DNA from: Myxococcales bacterium
GTDB taxonomy: Bacteria; Myxococcota_A; Polyangia; Fen-1088
Length of the DNA stretch: 48,432 nucleotides
Assembly (NCBI GenBank): GCA_031398585.1
Contig: JANNNO010000288.1
Location: forward strand, 1-48,432
Direction of reading: 5' to 3'
The notes under the pieces are model-generated. The model had not been told where the DNA came from. It saw only the letters and a program-made list of their open reading frames with translations, and made no database searches. Of this stretch, positions 44,412-48,432 are shown in pieces (the first letter of the stretch is position 1; each line of letters begins with the position of its first letter). The position numbers and the translations under genes were made by a program.

Positions 44412-47072
44412 ATGGAAACCGTCCAGCAACTGGTGCTGCTTTACGCCGGCCTCGTTGTCATCAACTTCATCCTGTCCGGCGTTCTCTGGTACTCGTCGCG
44501 GGCACCCCTGAACCGGGATCTGTTCCGGTTCTGGGCCTCGGTGGTGGTCTTCTTCCTCTCGCAAGCGTTCTTCGGGCAGGGAACGCTCGCGGTCGCGCTC
44601 TCCTGTCTGCCCGCGTTTCTCATCTCTTTCACGCTGGCGTCGCTGCTCTCGCGCATCGCCGGGATCACGATGCGCGCGGTCTTTTATCTGGCGGCGGTGG
44701 TGCTAGGGACCGCAGCGGCGATCGGGATCAACGCCGCCGGTGGGCCGTTCTGGGCCGTCGCTCTGCCGCCCAGCGTGGCGGTGGCATTGCCTCTCATCGT
44801 CGTCCCCTTGCGGTGCCTGCTTCGTGCCGACAATCGCCTCACGGTGCTCGGCAAGGCATCGATGCTGAGCGCCTTGCTGTCGGGGCTGCACGACCTCGAC
44901 TATCCCTTCTTGCGCGATAAGCCGCAGTTTGCGGTTCTCGGCTTCTCGATTGGCCTGCTCGCCGTCTTCGCCATCTCAATCACGGCGCCCGCCACGGTCC
45001 TCGAGGTCGTGACCGCCGAGCGCACGCGTATCGAACGACAAAACCAGTTCGAACGCCGCTTCTTCGCCAACGTCACTCACGAGCTGCGCACGCCGCTCAC
45101 GATGATCCTGGCTCCGATCGAGAGCATGCTGGCCGGAACTTTTGGTCCCCTGACCCCCAGGCAGCGCGCGTCGTTGGAAGCAAACTGGCGCAACAGCATC
45201 CGGCTCTTGCGCCTGATCAACGATCTGCTCGATCTCGCCAAGCTGGAAGAGGGGCACATGTCCCTGCGCGCTCAAGAGTCCGACCTGCGATCGCTGCTGT
45301 CCGACCTCGTTGAGGATGCGCGGCCGCTGGCGGCGCACAAGGGCATCGACCTGGCGCTGATCTTCGAGTCCGCGCCGACCGATCTACACGTCGATGTCGA
45401 GAAGATCGAGAGGGTCTTCGTCAATCTGGTCGCCAACGCGCTCAAGTTCACCGAGACCGGGTCGGTGACCGTACGGGTGAGCGCGGGAGCCGGCGGTGCC
45501 GAGATCGCCGTGGAAGACACGGGCGTCGGCATTCCCGCCGACCGTCTGCCTCACCTGTTTCAGCGCTTCAGCCAGGGCGACGATTCGGTGACCCGCCGCT
45601 TTGGTGGCACCGGGATCGGGCTTGCCTACGCCAAGGAGATCGTCGAGCTCCACGGCGGGCGGATCACGATGAGCAGCGAGGTCGGCAAAGGCAGTCGCTT
45701 CGTCGTTCATCTGCCAGGCGGCGTCTCGCACCTGCCGGTCGGGTCCGTCATGGCGGACGGGACGTCAGCACCGCGCGAATGGACCCACGAAGTGCAGCGC
45801 CAAAAGGAATATCGCTTCGCCGAGGTCGGGGAGGCGGCTTTGCGCAGCGCCGAGGTCGCGGCCGGTACGTCGTCAAGCGGCGCGCGTCTGCTGCTGGTGG
45901 AGGACAATCCCGAGATCCTCGAGTTCGTGGCGATGCACCTGCGCGAGAACTTCACGGTCCTCACTGCGCGAGACGGGCAAGAGGGGCTGACCACCGCGCA
46001 ACGCGAGCTGCCCGACGTCATCGTCACCGACTTCATGATGCCCAAGATGGACGGGCTCTCGATGGTCAAGACCCTGCGCGTCCACCCCAAGCTCGCGGAC
46101 GTTCCGGTGATCATGTTGACCGCCAAGGGCGAGCTTGCCGATCGGCTTTCGGGGCGCGAGGCCGGCGCCGACGTCTATCTGACCAAGCCGTTCTCTCCGC
46201 GCGAGCTCGAGGCCGCCATCCGGCAACAGCTCGGCAAGCGCGGCCACCAGGTACACAGCCTCATGCGCGCCCATGTCGAGGGCCTGGAAATCGTCAGCGC
46301 GGGTCTCGCCCACGAAATCCAGAATCCGCTCAACTTCATCAAGAACGCACAGAAGCTGATCGAGGAGAACGTGGCCAAGCTGCGCGACGCTGTCGACATG
46401 CCCACGGATCCGGTGCGGGCCGCCTCGGTGGACAAGGCGCAGAGTCGAATCGCTCACATGGTCGAGACCGCTGGCAAGGGGGTCAAGCGGATCGAGAACG
46501 TCGTCGGCCTCATGCGCCGGTACGCGCGCGAGGGCTACCCGACCGAACCGGCCGACGTCGATCTCGAGCGCGCGGTGGCCGATGTCGTCGAATTGGTGGC
46601 GCCGAGGGGCGAGGTGCCGACTCAGATCGCCCTGGCGCTGGCGAGCGGCGGACGTTCCGTGCGGGCGGTGCCCGAGGATCTCAACCAGGTGATACGGAGC
46701 CTGGTTCAGAACGCGATCGAGGCAGTGGCCCCGCTCGGCGCGGAAGGGCGGGTCACCGTCGGCTCGCGGCTCGACGGTGAGCATGTGGTGCTCGAGGTGA
46801 TCGACAACGGCCCCGGGGTCGTCGCCGCCGATCTAGGACGGATCTTCTCGCCATTTTTCACCACCAAGCCCGGTCCGGGGCGAGGTCTCGGTCTCGCGAT
46901 CGTTCAGATCGTCGTCGCCCGTTCGGGTGGCACGGTCGACGTCACCTCCACGCCCGGGCGCGAGACAGCGTTCCGCGTCCAGTTTCCCGCGGGACAGCCG
47001 GTCATAGCGATCACGCCTCTGGCTCCGGTGGGTCCGGCAAGAGCGGTAGCCGGGGCCAACGCGTCGGCCTAG
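44412..47072 (+). CDS. Membrane (about 7 TM) hybrid sensor kinase with HK-REC-HK architecture
   Basis: Start at METVQQLV (AGGTGG SD). Seven hydrophobic segments. H-box 1 FFANVTHELRTPL with CA 1 (NLVANALKF, EDTGVGI, GGTGIGLAYA). REC (LLLVEDNPE, IVTDFMMPKMDG, MLTAKG). H-box 2 AGLAHEIQNPL with CA 2 (LVQNAIEA, IDNGPGV, FSPFFTTK, GRGLGLAI). Confidence 0.85.
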   Translation: METVQQLVLLYAGLVVINFILSGVLWYSSRAPLNRDLFRFWASVVVFFLSQAFFGQGTLAVALSCLPAFLISFTLASLLSRIAGITMRAVFYLAAVVLGTAAAIGINAAGGPFWAVALPPSVAVALPLIVVPLRCLLRADNRLTVLGKASMLSALLSGLHDLDYPFLRDKPQFAVLGFSIGLLAVFAISITAPATVLEVVTAERTRIERQNQFERRFFANVTHELRTPLTMILAPIESMLAGTFGPLTPRQRASLEANWRNSIRLLRLINDLLDLAKLEEGHMSLRAQESDLRSLLSDLVEDARPLAAHKGIDLALIFESAPTDLHVDVEKIERVFVNLVANALKFTETGSVTVRVSAGAGGAEIAVEDTGVGIPADRLPHLFQRFSQGDDSVTRRFGGTGIGLAYAKEIVELHGGRITMSSEVGKGSRFVVHLPGGVSHLPVGSVMADGTSAPREWTHEVQRQKEYRFAEVGEAALRSAEVAAGTSSSGARLLLVEDNPEILEFVAMHLRENFTVLTARDGQEGLTTAQRELPDVIVTDFMMPKMDGLSMVKTLRVHPKLADVPVIMLTAKGELADRLSGREAGADVYLTKPFSPRELEAAIRQQLGKRGHQVHSLMRAHVEGLEIVSAGLAHEIQNPLNFIKNAQKLIEENVAKLRDAVDMPTDPVRAASVDKAQSRIAHMVETAGKGVKRIENVVGLMRRYAREGYPTEPADVDLERAVADVVELVAPRGEVPTQIALALASGGRSVRAVPEDLNQVIRSLVQNAIEAVAPLGAEGRVTVGSRLDGEHVVLEVIDNGPGVVAADLGRIFSPFFTTKPGPGRGLGLAIVQIVVARSGGTVDVTSTPGRETAFRVQFPAGQPVIAITPLAPVGPARAVAGANASA

Positions 47073-48432
47073 GGACACCGCCGGTCATCGGGCCGCTCGG
47101 TCAGGCGCACACGTCGTCGTCGCATCGACATCGCCAGGACGGCGGCGCCGACCAGCCAGGCAAGGCTCCCGCGCGAGTCGGCGCCGCCCATGTCGCAGGC
47201 GCATGCGCCCGGGTCGATGCGGGGAGTACCGGCGGGGCCAGGTTCCTTCGCCGCGCCGCCGTCTCGGCCGTCTCCGCCGTCTGTCGTCGATCCAGGCGGG
47301 GGTGGGCGTCGCGGTGTCATGGTCGTCAGCACCCGGCTCGGATCGCCGAACAGCATGAAGGTCCGGCGCGCGTTGAGATCCTGCGTGCTCGCCTTGGCAA
47401 CCCGCAAGGCTTCTCCGAGAGGAAGGTGTTGTTCGAGCACCGCCTGCAAAAAGCGCTCGTTGAGGGCCCGCTGAGGGGGCAGTGAGGTGAAGCCGGACGA
47501 GGCGATCACGGCCATCGCACCTCCTTCAGGCGCGGCCAGCAGGGCTTCGGCGAGGCTCGGCGTCTGGGGATCTTGGAACATGCCATTGAAGCAGGTCATC
47601 GCTGTCACCAACGAGGGGCGATGCAGGTTGCCGAGCGACGGGATCTTGGCGATGTCGAGGCCACCATTCCAGACGCCGACGGACCCGTGGCCGATGTAGT
47701 TCACCAGGAGCGGGCCCTTGGAAAACGCTTCGAGAAAGCTGATCGCAGGAGCGGCGTGTCCCGGGAGGCGCACGTCGAAGTCGTACCCATCGGGGATGCG
47801 CGCCGAGGCCGCCCGCAAGGCGTCGCCAAAGTCGAGCGTCTCCTCGTCGGCGTCCGCCAGGAGCAGCACGCCGCTCTGGTCGCGGACGCCCGTCTGCTCG
47901 TGCCGCACCAGCTTGCCGAAGATGGCTTCGGCCTCGCCCGCCGTACGCGCCGGAATGCGACCGATCGCGACGTCAGGCAGTCCATCGTCGTCGAAGTCGA
48001 CGAACCAATCGTCCGACGCCGTCTCGAGCGGCCAGGTATCGACCAGCGCCGTTGGGACGAGATCCTGATCGCCTTTGCCCAGGTAATTGCGGCGATCGAA
48101 GCTGGCATCGCCAAGTAGCAAGGCCGCCTTGGGCAAGCGGCCGCGTTGGCGGGCAGCCTCGAAATAGGCGCGGATGGCGCGCGGATCACGGTGGCCGAAG
48201 CTGAGCTCGTCGTAGAGGTCCTCCACATCGATGAGCGCGACACGTTGGCCTTGCGACTCGCGCAGCGTTGCCAAGGATCGGGTGGCTCCCAGCAGATCGC
48301 CGTGCCCGATGACGACGAGATCGGCGATCTCTTCGGTGGTCAGGAGAGAGGAGATCCGATTGGCGAACACGCGGGCCGGGGAGAGCGCGCGGTCTGGGGC
48401 GAGCACGAGCACCGTGCGCAGCCCCTCGCCGG
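47069..48432 (-). CDS. Peptidase C25 (gingipain-like) family protein with MYXO-CTERM-like sorting tail (5-prime partial, frame open to window edge)
   Basis: GHGSVGVW and MTCFNGMF align with the gingipain His/Cys dyad context (GHGSETAW, VACVNGDF). C-terminus GACACDMGG...LAWLVGAAVLAMSMRRRR is a Cys motif plus TM helix plus basic cluster. Confidence 0.8.
   Translation of the reverse strand, partial: GEGLRTVLVLAPDRALSPARVFANRISSLLTTEEIADLVVIGHGDLLGATRSLATLRESQGQRVALIDVEDLYDELSFGHRDPRAIRAYFEAARQRGRLPKAALLLGDASFDRRNYLGKGDQDLVPTALVDTWPLETASDDWFVDFDDDGLPDVAIGRIPARTAGEAEAIFGKLVRHEQTGVRDQSGVLLLADADEETLDFGDALRAASARIPDGYDFDVRLPGHAAPAISFLEAFSKGPLLVNYIGHGSVGVWNGGLDIAKIPSLGNLHRPSLVTAMTCFNGMFQDPQTPSLAEALLAAPEGGAMAVIASSGFTSLPPQRALNERFLQAVLEQHLPLGEALRVAKASTQDLNARRTFMLFGDPSRVLTTMTPRRPPPPGSTTDGGDGRDGGAAKEPGPAGTPRIDPGACACDMGGADSRGSLAWLVGAAVLAMSMRRRRVRLTERPDDRRCP

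Noticed and set aside
1-48432. Searched by eye for CRISPR repeats, tRNA/rRNA genes, IS elements, integrases, toxin-antitoxin or defence-system genes.
   Set aside because: None was seen. The only repeats are the flagellin duplication, the 21-bp tandem repeat and short palindromes. No transposase- or integrase-like translations appear in the ORF track.

Overview
Very GC-rich 48.4-kb window (GC not computed). It is almost entirely a flagellar regulon segment plus tightly linked accessory and signalling genes. Plus strand, 1-10.8 kb: fliG (5-prime partial)-fliH-fliI-ylxF-like-fliK (999 aa)-flgD-flgE-flbD-motA-motB, a Firmicute/spirochaete-like order. 10.9-14.2 kb: two paralogous Rossmann/methyltransferase-like ORFs flanking a secreted amidohydrolase. 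Minus strand, 36.7 down to 14.1 kb, mostly with overlapping or near-abutting stops and starts: flgF-flgG-flgA-flgH-flgI-flgJ (M23 fusion)-flgM-flgN-flgK-flgL, two tandem near-identical flagellins, fliD-fliS-fliT-like, a GT2-TPR glycosyltransferase, a Maf protein, and a seven-gene legionaminic-acid-type nonulosonate pathway. 36.9-47 kb: an orphan fliJ, a tandem REC-kinase pair with complementary degeneracy, a double-PilZ protein with an unassigned C-terminal half, a JmjC/cupin oxygenase, a class I methyltransferase and a 7TM HK-REC-HK hybrid kinase. Right edge: a C25 (gingipain-like) peptidase with a MYXO-CTERM-like tail. By eye I found three sigma28-type promoters sharing an extended motif and one good sigma54-type promoter. 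I saw no rRNA, tRNA, CRISPR array, transposase or integrase. All family calls rest on reading motifs in the supplied translations; no database search was run. Many long ORFs in the track are antisense shadows typical of high-GC DNA and are not annotated.
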